This document shows, piece after piece, positions 13,196 through 27,089 of a stretch of 64,000 nucleotides of DNA. A program made the translations under genes and the position numbers. Location of the stretch: contig OZ024743.1 of NCBI GenBank assembly GCA_964016885.1, forward strand, positions 82,584,001 through 82,648,000, read 5' to 3'. Within the stretch, counting starts at the first letter, position 1, and each line of letters starts with the position of its first letter. The notes beneath the pieces were generated by a model, which was not told where the DNA came from, ran no database searches, and saw only the letters and a program-made list of their open reading frames with translations. Source of the DNA: Eledone cirrhosa. Its lineage: Eukaryota.

Positions 13196-13786
13196 ATGCA
13201 TATCGATATATGGTATTAGCTATATAAACACAATTTTGAAGGATGTAACCACCGCAAGTAACCACCGTTCCGTATGGGTGAAGATTAGTGAGGACAGTCG
13301 GCACATACAACTTCTAATAATGAAGAACACGTGCCTTTCACAACAAAGACTATGTATCTGCTAGTTTCTTGAATGTCCAGTTAATACTATATATTAGAAT
13401 ATATAGATTAGCTCTACGATTACAAACTGAGGGATCAAAAATCACACTCAAGTAACTAATGTGTGTGTGTGTGTGTATTACATTTTTTTTTTATTAAATT
13501 TCTCATATTTTGTTATTTGTCTCAATATTGTTGTTGGCGGTGGTGACCGGAGTGGGGTGGGCTGTTATTGGTGGTAGTGGGGTGGTGTTGTTATTACTGG
13601 TGGTGGAGGTGGTGTTGTTATTACTGGTGGTGGAGGTGGTGTTTAGTGAGAAGGGTCGTACTATTGTTGATGCTGAGTTCATGTTGCTTCTTTTTTCTAT
13701 TTCTTTTCAAAATATTTATTGATCTATTCACCACCCACTTTTCATTAGATGTTGTCATAAGTGCGAACCTGATCTGGATGAGAAAG

Positions 13787-13993
13787 GTTTCTGGTTTAGG
13801 CTCAAGGCCAACAATTTTCGAAGAGAGGGAAAGTCGATTAAATCGATCCCAGTGTGTTACTGGTACTTTCTTTCATCGACCCCGTAAAGATGAAAGGCAA
13901 AGTTAACATCGGCGGGATTTGAACTCAAAACGTAAAGGGTCGTAACTCTATGTCGCAAAGCATATTGTCCGACGCTCTACTGATACTGCCAAT
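13787..13993 (-). mobile_element. Near full-length tRNA-derived SINE
   Basis: Same family as 56153-56340; B-box gagttcaaatcc on the minus strand. Confidence 0.85.
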
Positions 13994-14169
13994 AATAATA
14001 ATAATGGTTTCTGATTTAGGTACAGGGCCAACAGTTTTGAGGGTCGATAAAATATGTAGCAGTCCATCACTGGGGTCCGGCACTTAAAGTTGCCCAACTG
14101 GTACCTAAATTGAAAACCATTAAAGTCCAACCTGAGAATTCTTCCATCTTCTTTTCACAATATTAGGCC

Positions 14170-14351
14170 TGTTCCTCTTCTGTTATAATGAGAGTTGTAG
14201 TGATGGTTGTTGTCTGGTTGTGGTGGCTGCTGTGGTAGTTGTGGTGGTTGTAGTAGTGGTTGTTGTGGTGGTCGGGCTGGTTGCAGTGGAAGTGTGTTGG
14301 TTGCAAATGGTAGTGGTGTTCAATTTGACAGTAGTGGTTGTAATGTTGGAG

Positions 14352-14411
<60 letters not shown>

Positions 14412-14412
14412 A

Positions 14413-14443
<31 letters not shown>

Positions 14444-14762
14444 TGTTGTTGTTGTACATCTACCACCACCATTATCACCACCCAGTCACTAGCACCACTA
14501 CTACCACTAATGAGGATGATAGATAACCTGTGATAGGATGGATGATGACAACAAAGATAACAATTGCGTCGATGGTGGCGGTGGCGGTGACGGTGCTGGT
14601 GCTGGTGCTGGTGGTGGTGGTGGTGGCGGTGGCGGTGCTGGTGGGGAGATATCAAGAATAACAAAAACTATAAAAAGATTGAGAGACGGTGAATAGACAG
14701 AAAGACAGAGAGACAGATACATAATATATATATATATAGAGAGAGAGAGAGATAGAGAGAAT

Positions 14763-14812
<50 letters not shown>

Positions 14813-14915
14813 GTAGAGAAATAGACAGATAGATAGATAGGTAGAGAAATAGATAGATAGATAGATAGATAGATATATAGATATATAGATAGGTAGGGAA
14901 ATAGATAGATAGATG
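14170..14915. repeat. (GTA)n/(GGT)n and (GATA)n simple repeats
   Basis: Direct reading. Confidence 0.9.
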
Positions 14916-15252
14916 GAAGCAGTAAAATTCAAACACTGACAGATGTTCCAGACAAAAACTCTCCTATCCAGGAGTATTAAAATGATGAATTACACTTCTC
15001 TCTCCTCCTCCTTTCACTCTCCTTCATTCTATGTCAGACTCCTCCTCCTCGTCCTCCTCCTTCATTTTATGTCGTCGTTGACGTTTCCGCTGGCTTCTTT
15101 TTTATCATTTCACTTCCGGTCTCGTTGTTCCTGAACATTTGGGGAGATTTTTTTTACCTAAAAGAAGAAAAAAAAATTCATCTCCTTTATTTTATAATCT
15201 ATTTAGTTATTTTTGCTTTTGTTCGTTCAGGATCTCTCTTTCTATCTCTCTG

Positions 15253-15336
<84 letters not shown>

Positions 15337-15339
<3 letters not shown>

Positions 15340-15526
15340 CAAAGGAATTGTGGTAAGGAACCAGATGGACCATAACGCCCAAGAGTACTCAATACTTAGG
15401 GTAGTAGGGTGGGAAATAGGAAAAAGTATGACCCCGACGGCAGAGCTCAAGCCGTTTCGACGGCTATTTCTGGACTATAATAGTCCAGAAATAGCCGTCG
15501 AAATGGCTTGAGCTCTGCCGTCGGGG
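15337..15526. mobile_element. Family G fold-back element (other copies 32806-32917, 33254-33406, 44670-44727, 45809-46003, 46564-46683, 63797-63972)
   Basis: Shared ~145-nt sequence ...agtccagaaatagccgtcgaaacggcttgagctc...ttccttcgtt(TA)n; most copies are palindromic. Confidence 0.9.
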
Positions 15527-15573
15527 AGAGAGGTGTAGAGAGATATGAAGGGGGAGAGTAGAGATAGAGATGG

Positions 15574-15648
<75 letters not shown>

Positions 15649-17039
15649 CATATAACCATCTCTATCTCTACTCTCCCTCTTCATATCTCTCTCACTTTCT
15701 CCGGATCACTATCATTTGGTAGAAACTTTGTCTCCAAATTCTCTCTTAAAATGAGATTTGAGTGTGTGCGTGCAAACATGTGTATAAATACATGTGTATA
15801 TATATATATATATTCACACACACACAAATTCACCCCCCCCCCCTTATTTATTATATCTTTTTAATACTTTCATCATTGAACACAATTTATATACGAACAA
15901 AAATTAGTTCATACGAAATAATTTTTTTTTTTTTTAATGAAGACATTGCAGATTTAAAAAAATAAAAATGTCGCAGAAAGAGTTATTGTTTTCTCGTTGT
16001 TTTCTTACCGGTTTCTGCTCTCATGAGATCTTCAAACTTGTAATTTTCAAGGTAATATTTGTATTGAAGGTGTGTATTTTTAATTTGTCCTTATGTCCCA
16101 GTTATACATACATATAAATGCATGCATGCATACATACACACACACATACATACACACATACTTACATGATTATATACATACATAGTATATATACATACAT
16201 AAATATACACACAGGTACACACAACTATAAACACGTCACCCAATAAAGAATGAAGTAGAGAGTGTTTGAAGTAGAGAGTCTTTAAAAACTGCTGCTAGTT
16301 ACAAATTTCAAGTTCAACATTATTAGTATACTTAAAGATTATAGTAAGAAACCTGCTAATAATTATTTAGCCCGTGTGACTTGTAAATAAAATGGATGGC
16401 GAATGTTAAACAAGGAAGAGAGTATTTAGAACTGCCAAACTCAGTGGTTCGTAAACATTTATTTTAAACGTTGTTTATGGTCAACAAAATCTCTTTGGTA
16501 CGAGACAAAGAGTTAAGCCCCCAATGGAGGAATAATAATTGTAGTAAAATCTGTGCAGAAGATACAGAATGAATGATAGGAGAAGGAAAGATAGAAGAAA
16601 GACAGAAAGAAGGTAGAAACAATCAGCAGACGACACCAGGGTGGATTAGTAAAAGGGCATTTCATAGTCTGAACACACAAATGGATTTTCAAGGCATTAC
16701 AGTTAATTAAAAGTCCCAGAACTTTAGTTATTGTCTACTGTAACCCATTGGCATTAAAGCCGTAAAGCAGGGAATACTAAGTTATTTTGAATAGAAAGGG
16801 GCCAACAGAATATCTTATAGGACATTAATTAAAAACTAAGTGTAAAACAGGGTGACAGCTTATCACCAGCCTTGTTTGGTGGTTGTATTGTTGTTTCTGT
16901 TGAAATACATGGCAAACAGTAATTGGGAAACCATCTCACGTATACCTTCAAGACAGGAAACTACTAACTTAAAACATTATCAAGTCATTAAACATAACAA
17001 AACATCAACAAAACAACATTATTTCACCCAGTAGGAACG

Positions 17040-17256
17040 GAGGAGGGGTGCAGAATCGTTAGAGTGTCGGCTAACATTGTTTGTAGTATTTGTTTTGGCT
17101 CTTTACTTTCGGAGTTCAAATCCTACCGAGGTCACATATGCCTTTCATCCTTCTGGGGTCAATAAAATACCAGTCCACTACCGGGGACAATATAAATGAC
17201 CACCCCCACACAAACACAAAAGAAAATTGCTGGCCTTGTGCCAAAATTATAAACCA
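17040..17256 (+). mobile_element. Near full-length SINE
   Basis: gcagaatcgttag...gagttcaaatcc...gcctttcatccttctggggtcaataaaataccag...aattgctggccttgtgcc. Confidence 0.8.
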
Positions 17257-17537
17257 TTGTTTTACCCAATATTCTATATAGACGTGTTGTGTAGAGGGTA
17301 AGTGTTGTGTAGAGGGTAAGTGTTGTTGTGTAGAGGGTAAGTGTTGGTGTGTAGACGTAAGTGGTGTTGTGTAGAGGGTAAGTGTTGTTTGTAGACTTTA
17401 TTATTCTGGCAACCTCCAGTTCTTACTATTAATTTATTTTTTCACATTTTTCATTTATATATATATATGTATACATATATATATATATAAATATATATAC
17501 ACACACCAATACTAATATATATATACATATATATTTA

Positions 17538-17845
17538 TATATGAAAATAGGGAGAAAAAGACGATTATTAGGAAGAAAAATATTTTTTTTTCCTTTTATT
17601 TTTTTCTGGGTTAGAAAATGTTTAAAACAAAATATTTTACTTTGTGTGAAGTGTTAAGGTATTAGTTAATTTATTTATTAATTAACAATGGCATTTATTT
17701 ATTTATTTATATATTTAATAATTGTCTATTACCGGTTTCAGCATTTTATGCATTATCAAAGGGGGGAATTTGTATTGGTGTAAAATGTTGGTGATGTTTT
17801 ACATGTTAAGGAAATGGTGAAGAAAGAACCATTTCCTTAACATGT
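17538..17845 (-). mobile_element. ~300-bp element with U3-A8 HHR-like core (homolog 37795-38095 +)
   Basis: Reverse complement of 37795-38095; UUGAUAA-UGCAU..UGCU-GAAA-CCGG-UA at ~17727-17761; terminal hairpin 17801-17845. Confidence 0.75.
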
Positions 17846-17856
17846 TCAACATGCTG

Positions 17857-18399
17857 CAGCAGACTACTGATGATTGACAGTCGTGTCTCGGTCTATTTTC
17901 ATTCATATGTTCACATTCGCAACAACGCAGCACGCCATTTTTCATTCACATATATTTTTTCCCCTAGATGTGGTTCGTTTTTTTTCTGTCACCTAACTGG
18001 TATCCTCTTTCTCTCTCCCCCTTCTCTCTCCTTGTACCTCTTACTTTCATTCACCCCTCTGCTGGTCACCCACTCTCTCGCCTGGCCTCTTCCTCACACT
18101 TTCACTCACTCACACTCTGCTACTCCCCCTCTCTCACTTCCTCCCGTCTGACCTGTGCCTCTTCTCGTCATTTGATATGTTCGGACTTAAGCCCACAAGA
18201 TTCATTGACTTGACTCTCTTTTCCTCTCTTTACGTTGCATTACTACTGTGTTGTTTGTTGACTTTTTTTCTTTTCGCTCTGTCGCGATGACTTAATTTAG
18301 TTATCGCCCGCACTGATTTTAGGTATCTAGTATGCGAAGAAATACCAATGATAATCAGCAGACTACTGATGATGGACAGTCGTGTCTCGGTCTATTTTC

Positions 18400-18402
<3 letters not shown>
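17857..18402 (+). mobile_element. ~499-bp monomer plus 47-bp terminal direct repeat (family of 1873-2812)
   Basis: cagcagactactgatgat..acagtcgtgtctcggtctattttcatt at 17857 and 18356; shares gcaacaacgcagcacgccattt and ctactccccctctctcacttcctcccgtc with 1873-2812. Confidence 0.8.
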
Positions 18403-18476
<74 letters not shown>

Positions 18477-19172
18477 TGTATACATATGTATATATGTATG
18501 TATATAATAAGAGTTCAGATAGATACTCAGTGATTTCGATCTCGTTGTTTACAATTTGCTCAACAAATTCCTTTGGAGCACACGCATAGGATTAATTGTA
18601 ATACAACATTCCTATATGTATATATATATATATATCACATAAACGTTGCTCTGGATATGAAACGACCAGCCAAGCCTCAGTCCCTCTTTCATTCTGAACG
18701 GGAAATTTTCAGCATAAATGCAGCTCTGAATAGACAAGAATTTTCCATAAAACCGCAGCCGATAAAGAAGTTTTTATACGGGAAACATAACAAATCCGGA
18801 TTTACAAAGAGCAGACGACATCTGTTCGAGAAAGAAAGAGAGAGAAAGAGCGAGAAGAAACGAGAGAATTTGAAGGAATATTTTAGCCAACAAAGGGTTT
18901 ATAAATATGAAAGAATCTGCGTATTGCTGTATTTTACTGTATGGGAGCAATATCTGGAGTTATGGTGGTCTAACAACATGCAGTAACTTACGTACGAATG
19001 TATTGTACTGTAGTGGGATATATGTGGAGGTGGGGGTGGGGGTAATTTAAATAAAGTAGTAACAGAGAAGAGGAATGGGGTGAGGAGAGCTGGAGGAGTG
19101 AAGAGAAATGATGAGAGGGGGGAGAGTGTGGCAACAGAGAGAGGGGGCAGAGATCATTTTTCATGGGTGATG

Positions 19173-19221
<49 letters not shown>

Positions 19222-19630
19222 GACATATTGCTTGATGAAGGCAGAGATCAAAGCCAGGAATATCTGAGAGAGCCGGGAATTGGAGAGACGGTATGTGTGT
19301 ATGTGTACGTATGTATGTGTTCGTATGTGTGTATGTGTACGTATGTGTATATGTGCATGTGTGTATGTATATTCGTATGAGTGTATGTGTACGTACGTAT
19401 GTATGTGTGTGTGTATGTGTACGTATGTTTGTATATGTGTGTAAGTGTATATGTGCATGTATGTATGTACGTATGTATATATGTATGTTCGTGTGTGTAT
19501 GTATGTATATATTTCGTGTGTCTATATGTGTATGTGTGTATGTATTAGGACGTAGAAGGATTGATGAACGAAAGAATGAAAAGAGAAGTAGAATATTTGA
19601 CAAAATTTCCTTTCAGGGATATTGTGGGTG

Positions 19631-19722
<92 letters not shown>

Positions 19723-19790
19723 CCCCTTTCTAAATGTCTCTCCTCCACTCGCCTACACACCCTCGGAACTCTCTTCCCACACACTTTTCG

Positions 19791-19821
19791 CCTGAAGAAG
19801 GGCTTATGCCCGAAACGTCGT
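19791..19821 (+). ncRNA. Minimal hammerhead ribozyme of Penelope-pLTR type
   Basis: CUGAAGA-A-GGGC-uuau-GCCC-GAAAC-GUC^; AATAAA at 19860; downstream part repeated at 32630-32712 and inverted at 32940-33001. Confidence 0.75.
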
Positions 19822-19924
19822 TCCCCACCACCACCACCCACTCTCAAGCGCGTGAAACTAATAAACCTTTGTTCGTTCTGCCTCTCTGTTTTGTTCCCGT
19901 TCCATTTTTCACTATATATAGAAA

Positions 19925-20013
19925 AAAAACTCCAGGAAAACCTGTGTTGAGTGCTTTTAATCTATTGTAAAACTGTATTCATTGACTAATCAATGAACCA
20001 TATTCATCTTTGG

Positions 20014-20088
<75 letters not shown>

Positions 20089-20191
20089 TTTGGTGTGTAT
20101 ATATGTAAATGTGTGCATGTATATGTGTGTGTATGTGTAAGCGAGTGTATATATGAATGCATGTATCTATATATATATATATGTATGTATG

Positions 20192-20234
<43 letters not shown>

Positions 20235-20326
20235 CCAAAGATGAATATGGTTCATTGATTACTCAATGAATACAGTTTTACAATAGATTAAAAGCACTCA
20301 ACACAGGTTTTCCTGGAGTTTTTTTC
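19925..20326. repeat. ~92-bp inverted repeat arms around a microsatellite core
   Basis: aaaactccaggaaaacctgtg...catctttggttata and its reverse complement at 20230-20326. Confidence 0.9.
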
Positions 20327-20659
20327 TATCTATCTCCCTAAATTTGATTATTTCTATTTACTCTCCCCTTCCTTTTACTTTCCAAACATATTCCCTTTCT
20401 TTTGTCGTTATTTCTTATTTCTTCTTTTTTCTGTTTTTTTATTCATTTAAATATTATGTATTTATTTATTTTTTCTTGCCTTCCTCCTCTTTACACCCTC
20501 TCTTATATCTCTAATTCGCTCCACGTCCTTTTGTTCTTTAAGTTTATCATATTATTATTTGTGGTATATAAATGTTGAGATTTGATGAAATAAATCACTG
20601 CCAATACAGGAATTGAACTATCAAGACCGTAGAGGTATGTCATATATCAAATCATATAT

Positions 20660-20719
20660 TTTATCTGACGAGGACGTACTGGAAAAACAACACAGTACTT
20701 TCGAAATATATATAATAAA
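20660..20719 (+). ncRNA. Type I hammerhead ribozyme (family C; decayed inverted pair at 53150-53405)
   Basis: UUUAU-CUGACGA-GGACGUACUG...CAGUACUUUC-GAAA-UAUAUA-UA^AUAAA. Confidence 0.8.
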
Positions 20720-20764
20720 GCATATATTTTGATTATGTGAGAATATCTTCATTTGTCAATTTTG

Positions 20765-20828
<64 letters not shown>

Positions 20829-21449
20829 GTGTGTGTGTGTGTGTGTGAATATATGTATAAATGCAGTGGAAAGCTCTGTAAATACCAACAGACTACTTAG
20901 TGCATAAATGACAAAATTGATTCTAATACAAGTACATCCAGTGCATATTTTGTAAAAAATGGTGTATTGAACTGTGAGAGAATGTCATCAAATATTACCT
21001 TCCAACAAGATCTGGTATCAATGGAAAAACATCGTGGAATGCAACCCACGGGTTCTTAACTCTTAATGGAGTTGTAGGGGCGCCATCATGACATACGGCT
21101 TCTTTTCGACATTTTAAACTTGGTTGAGCGCACATCCTCTCCAGCTCTGAACAGAGCCTATTTCTTCCAGAGTGTGTAGGAAGCGTGAGAGAGAGAAAGT
21201 GAGAAATAGATATCGCGGAAAAACCGATCTAAGTACATAACAGGTACTTTTCAACATCGAAAGGATGAAAAGCACAGTTGAACTCAACGAGGTTTGGACT
21301 CAAAATGCAAAAAGCTGAAAGGAAAAATGTCAATCATTCTATCCGACACCATGACATAAATAGGATCTTAGGTCCAGGAGGGGAATAAAATGAATTGCTT
21401 TATTGAAGCTAATGGTCTTCATAGTAGAGCTAAACATATAAAGTTGTGT

Positions 21450-21710
21450 GTGTTTGATCACCGTCGCTTACGACGAGTATTTCAGTCGCCAGAACAGCTT
21501 TGCTCGTGAAACTAACCCGCACGTGCTTGGACATTGCACAGACACGTGTACCTTTAACGTAGTACTCAAGGGAGTCACGTGACACGGCGTCAATGCTTGA
21601 CTTTTGTATTACAGATGCAACTCGTTCCCCACCAGCTGAGTGGACTGGACTATATTGCTGGAGGACGCATAACACCACCGGGAATCGAACTCATAACTTT
21701 CTAATCGTTG
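21450..21710 (-). mobile_element. tRNA-derived SINE, second family
   Basis: cacagacacgtgtacctttaacgtagt...ccagctgagtggactgga...gggaatcgaactc. Confidence 0.75.
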
Positions 21711-22351
21711 ACCACCAATAAGTCACGTGAATTAAAACAGGCAAAACATTGTTATTCATAACGTTTCATACTTCTCGGTAATTCCCGATGTTTTTCGTTG
21801 TTTCCCGGTGTTTTTCTCCGCGAAACGCGCGTAAAAGGTCGATACACACACACAAACATTAAATACATATATTTATTGAGAAAACAAAGCGAGATCGAAG
21901 TATAGATATAACATTAATATATTTTTATTCACACGTGACGCGCTTTTCGTAATTGGTCACCTCAATACACGATCGGTAGTGATTGGGCCCCACCCCGGAA
22001 TCGAATGACCACTCTGAGGTAGGATCTGACATCGGTAGCCACAAACACTGGCTGCTCAAACTAGTGAACCATCAGTAACTGTAAATTACTCACCAATACA
22101 CAGTGCGTGTGTGTGTGTGGGGGGGGGTCAGTGTGTGTGAGTGGGAGTGTGTGTGTTAGTGTGAATGTGTGTGTCAGTGTGTGTATCAGTGTCAGTGTGA
22201 GTGTGTGTGTCAGTGTCAGTGTGTGTCCGTGTGAGTGTGTGTGTCCGTGTGAGTGTGAGTGAGTGTGTCAGTGTGAGTGTGTGTGTCAATGTGAGTGTGT
22301 GTGTCAGTGTGAGTGTGTGTGCTAGTGTCAGTGTGTGTTGAGATCCAGACT

Positions 22352-22878
22352 TAAGTACTAGGGTAGATATAATAAAGTACTGGGGTTGATATAATAAAGT
22401 ACTGGGGTTGATATAATAGAGTACTGGGGTAGATATAGTAAAGTACTGGGGTAGATATAATAAAGTACTGGGGTAGATATAATAAAGTACTGGGGTAGAT
22501 ATAGTAAAGTACTGGGGTTGATATAATAGAGTACTGGGGTAGATATAATAAAGTACTGGGGTAGATGTAATAGAGTACTGTGGTAGATATAATAAAGTAC
22601 TGGGGTTGATATAATAAAGTACTGGGGTAGATATAATAAAGTACTGGGGTAAATATAATAAAGTACTGGGGTTGATATAATAGAGTACTGGGGTTGATAT
22701 AATAAAGTACTGGGGTTGATATAATAAAGTACTGGGGTTGATATAATAGAGTACTGGAGTTGATATAATAAAGTACTGGGGTAGATATAATAGAGTACTG
22801 GGGTAGATATAATAGAGTACTGGGGTTGATATAATAGAGTACTGGGGTAGATATAATAAAGTACTGGGGTTGATATAA
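22352..22878. repeat. 22-bp minisatellite, about 24 copies
   Basis: Unit agtactggggt(a/t)gatataata(a/g). Confidence 0.97.
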
Positions 22879-23035
22879 AGTCCAGTGAATGAAACTCGTG
22901 AAAATCAGGACAAATGTGTACAAAACGATAGAAAGACGGCCTGAGCATTTCTATTGAAGCGACATTTTTTTTGTATAGTGGGAGCCCTTTTAAGAAATAC
23001 CAACACTGACATTGCAACAGCAGCAGCAGCAGAGC

Positions 23036-23095
<60 letters not shown>

Positions 23096-23306
23096 GGTGG
23101 TGGTAATAGCTGTTGGGGGTGGTATTAGTGGTAGCAGTGGTGGTGGTGGTAGGGATGATAGTGATAACATAGTGAATATGTGTGTTATGGTGTGTGTGCA
23201 TTGGTTATGTATAAATACTAACACACTCACAATAGAGAGGGGGGGGTAGACAGTGAGTGTATATAGAGGGGGGGTAGACAGTGAGTGTATGCACAACGAT
23301 TATATA

Positions 23307-23337
<31 letters not shown>

Positions 23338-23456
23338 TGGTGTGTGTGTGTGTGTGTGTATTATGTGTGTATTTCACACTACATTATTATAGTCTTCTCT
23401 GTTGCTGAACCGAGAGAGAGTGTGTTGTAGGTAAAGTAATTCATCTGAGAATATGT

Positions 23457-23537
<81 letters not shown>

Positions 23538-24153
23538 TGTGTGTATGTATGTGTGTGAGTGTGTCTCCGTGACTGTGTGTGTTAGTACTGAAGGCATATA
23601 GCTGTGTCTGTGTGTAAGTTTTTCTGTGTTCGTGTGACCGTCGTACTTGTGATCGTGTGTCTGTGTGACAGCGTCTGCCTGTGTGTGTATAACTATATGC
23701 ATGTGTTCAACTGTTTCTATGTGTGTGTATATATGACTGCGTCTACGTGTGTGTGTATGTATGTGTCTATCTATAACAGTGTTTCTGTTATTTCTGCATC
23801 TATCTTGTTTGTTCTCTTATATACATACGTACGAACCCCCTCACACATATACCCGCACACACACACACATATACCCGCACATACACACACACACATATAC
23901 CCGCGCGCACACCCACGTATATATACATAGATATACATTAAACCCAGTTACTACAACGGCGTCATACCAGGAAACTGGCCTTAATAATTATATTCAAACT
24001 CGTCCTATGGACTTGAGTTGCTATACCTTCGTTTTATTGCCAACCTATTGCACTATTTTATATATATATATATATAATAGTGTAATATATACATATATAT
24101 ATATTACACTATTATATATATATTATATATAAATATATATATATATAATAGTG

Positions 24154-24275
<122 letters not shown>

Positions 24276-24426
24276 ATAAATCTACCACTGATAGTTTGTA
24301 ATATTTTTACATAGATCTATATGATGTACATACCAACACACACATATATCCTAGAAACGATCGTAAAATGATGAATTTTTTAATATAAGGAACTTGTTCT
24401 TTGTTTTTATTCATTGTTTTTATTAA

Positions 24427-24501
<75 letters not shown>

Positions 24502-24855
24502 AACCCCTTAGAAATAGCAGTTACGACTCCCTCATATTATACCTTGTCGTCTTCACTACAATGGAACATGACACAATGTAAATTACTAGTTATAAGACAG
24601 ACGAGGTGGTCACGACTGGAATATATTTGACCAACGCTGAACTGGGACCAAACATCTTTCAGTATTTGACTGCACCCAGTGGCGAGGTCAACAGAGTACT
24701 TGTGTGTCAACTGAGCTGCTTCGATCTCAACTGACCTGGGGGTCACGCCATCACCATCACCACTACTAACCCCGCCATTAACAACAACAGTCTTAAAAAC
24801 ATGTTTACTCTCGTTATATTGCTATGGCACTCTTAAATACTCTCACACACATATG

Positions 24856-24924
<69 letters not shown>

Positions 24925-25083
24925 TGTGTGTTATAGAGAGAGAATATATATACACACATACATAGGTATTTATAGGACATTCTCTTGGTTCGTGTTAAAT
25001 TTTGTATTGGTCAAGATTAGTTTCGTGTGTGGCACACAGAGTGAGAGAAGAGAGAAGATGAATATAGATGCTTCAGTGTAAAT

Positions 25084-25115
<32 letters not shown>

Positions 25116-26337
25116 CCCCCCTCTCTCTATCTATCTCCCCCTCTCTCTATCTATCTCCCTCCTCTCTCTGTAAATAACGCACACACGCATATACACATGA
25201 CATGATATATATATATATAAATACATAACATGTGTGTATACACACACACACATATATATATCTATATATATATATATGCTATATATATATGAATATATAT
25301 ATATATATATATATATTCATATATATGTGTGTGTACAGAATCTCTCCGTATCTTGGCGGGTTTAATTAATCTTTAGCCAACAGACAGAAATAACTGTAGT
25401 AGTATGTTTATATATCAAGGGTGGGGGAGATATTTTTAACAGCTTACTGTTGAATTAATGAGACAGACAGGAATAAAAATGGAAAATAAAGATCCCTTAA
25501 TTTCTAATGGTGTCATAGGAGTGCCGTCCTGTCTGGGGGGTTTTAAACCTGGTCGAGCCCTTCCTTCTCCAGGTCAGAACAAAGTTGATTTCCCCCAGAG
25601 AAGGAGAGAGAAAATAATGAGATATAGAGGAAGAATCGACCCAGCTCTTCAGTATTTATTCACCTCGAAAAGTTGAAAGACAAAGTTGGCTTTGGTCGGA
25701 TTTGAAATCAGAGTAAAAGAGTCGGAACAAATATGGAGGCAATGTGACCTTCTAACGACTCTTCGAAATATAGTTATATATACACTCAGGTAGCGTTTAT
25801 CAAAGAATATACTATTGAAACACACACACACGACTGAGTTTGTAAAGAAAGACTCACAGGTTGACACGTTTATTTATTGTCAGACCTCATTGACAAACTT
25901 GTCACCACTCCCTCTATATTAATTATATATATGCATATATATATATATGTATAGTTGATAAAGCAAACAAAACAAAGGCAGGGATGCAAAAATACAGTCA
26001 TATTTGGTTCACGCTTGGAGTGTGTGCGTGTAGATCCCGAGTTAAATCGGAGGTAACCACAGTAAATAAGTACTCAATACATTACTAGAGCGTAAACATC
26101 AATATTTCATTCATACGAATGAAACAGAAGCGAGTTTGAATATATTTAGGTCAGTACTACAACGACACCCTACCAGGGACGTACGTTTCGTTGGTCGTTG
26201 TTCAAACTGTGCCAATGAAAAAGAACCGATTGTGTTTGTGTCCCGTAACGTAGAAGTACGATAAAATGAGCTCGATTAAATAAGTAGCAGATTTGAAAAA
26301 AAAAAAACGTATTTGTGACGATACGATCGTCGAAAGG

Positions 26338-26395
26338 AAGGTGGTACTCCAGCATGACCGCAGTCTAATGACTGCAACAAGTAGAGAACAGAGAA
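26338..26395 (+). mobile_element. SINE/LINE 3' tail fragment
   Basis: ggtggtactccagcatgaccgcagtctaatgactgcaacaagtag stem-loop tail, recalled from octopus SINEs. Confidence 0.5.
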
Positions 26396-26649
26396 CATGT
26401 GTGTGAGAGTGTATGAGAGAAAAAAATAAGCTAGAAAAATAATAAGATTTATAAGCAACATAATTTTTCAAAAGTTGACATATATTGAATATGTTGTGTC
26501 ATTTGACCGTCATTAAGAAACAAATCTTAGTAGAGTGACTATACAGCTGTGGTGTGGAGAAAGCCATCCTGTCACTTTATAAACGTATATCTCTACTGAT
26601 CTACGTACAACCATCGAAGAGAGATTGGTTTATATATAGAGGGAAGGAT

Positions 26650-26722
26650 ACACACACACAGCATACAAAACAATGTATATATATACTCATACATATAGAA
26701 AATATACATATACATATATATT

Positions 26723-26789
<67 letters not shown>

Positions 26790-26805
26790 GTATATGTATA
26801 TTTTC

Positions 26806-26901
<96 letters not shown>

Positions 26902-26966
26902 TATATATGTATATGTATATTTTCTATATGTATGAGTATATATATACATTGTTTTGTATGCTGTGT
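26650..26966. repeat. Inverted repeat around a (TA)n tract
   Basis: acacagcatacaaaacaatgtata... and ...tatacattgttttgtatgctgtgt. Confidence 0.85.
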
Positions 26967-27089
26967 CTATATATACATATATATGTATATGTATATATAC
27001 ATGTATATGTATATGTATATATATGTATATGTAATATATACAGAGAGAGAGAGAGAACGGACTTCTGCAGGTTCGTTCCGTCTTCCAAA

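Noticed and set aside
18573-18986. 137-aa ORF with a non-repetitive middle
   Set aside because: No recognisable motif; cannot be supported as an exon or transposase.
21810-21840. GAAA-CGCGCG-UA HHR-like 3' half
   Set aside because: No upstream core or stem II found.
24537-24746. 69-aa ORF in unique-looking sequence
   Set aside because: Short, with no recognisable homology or splice context.
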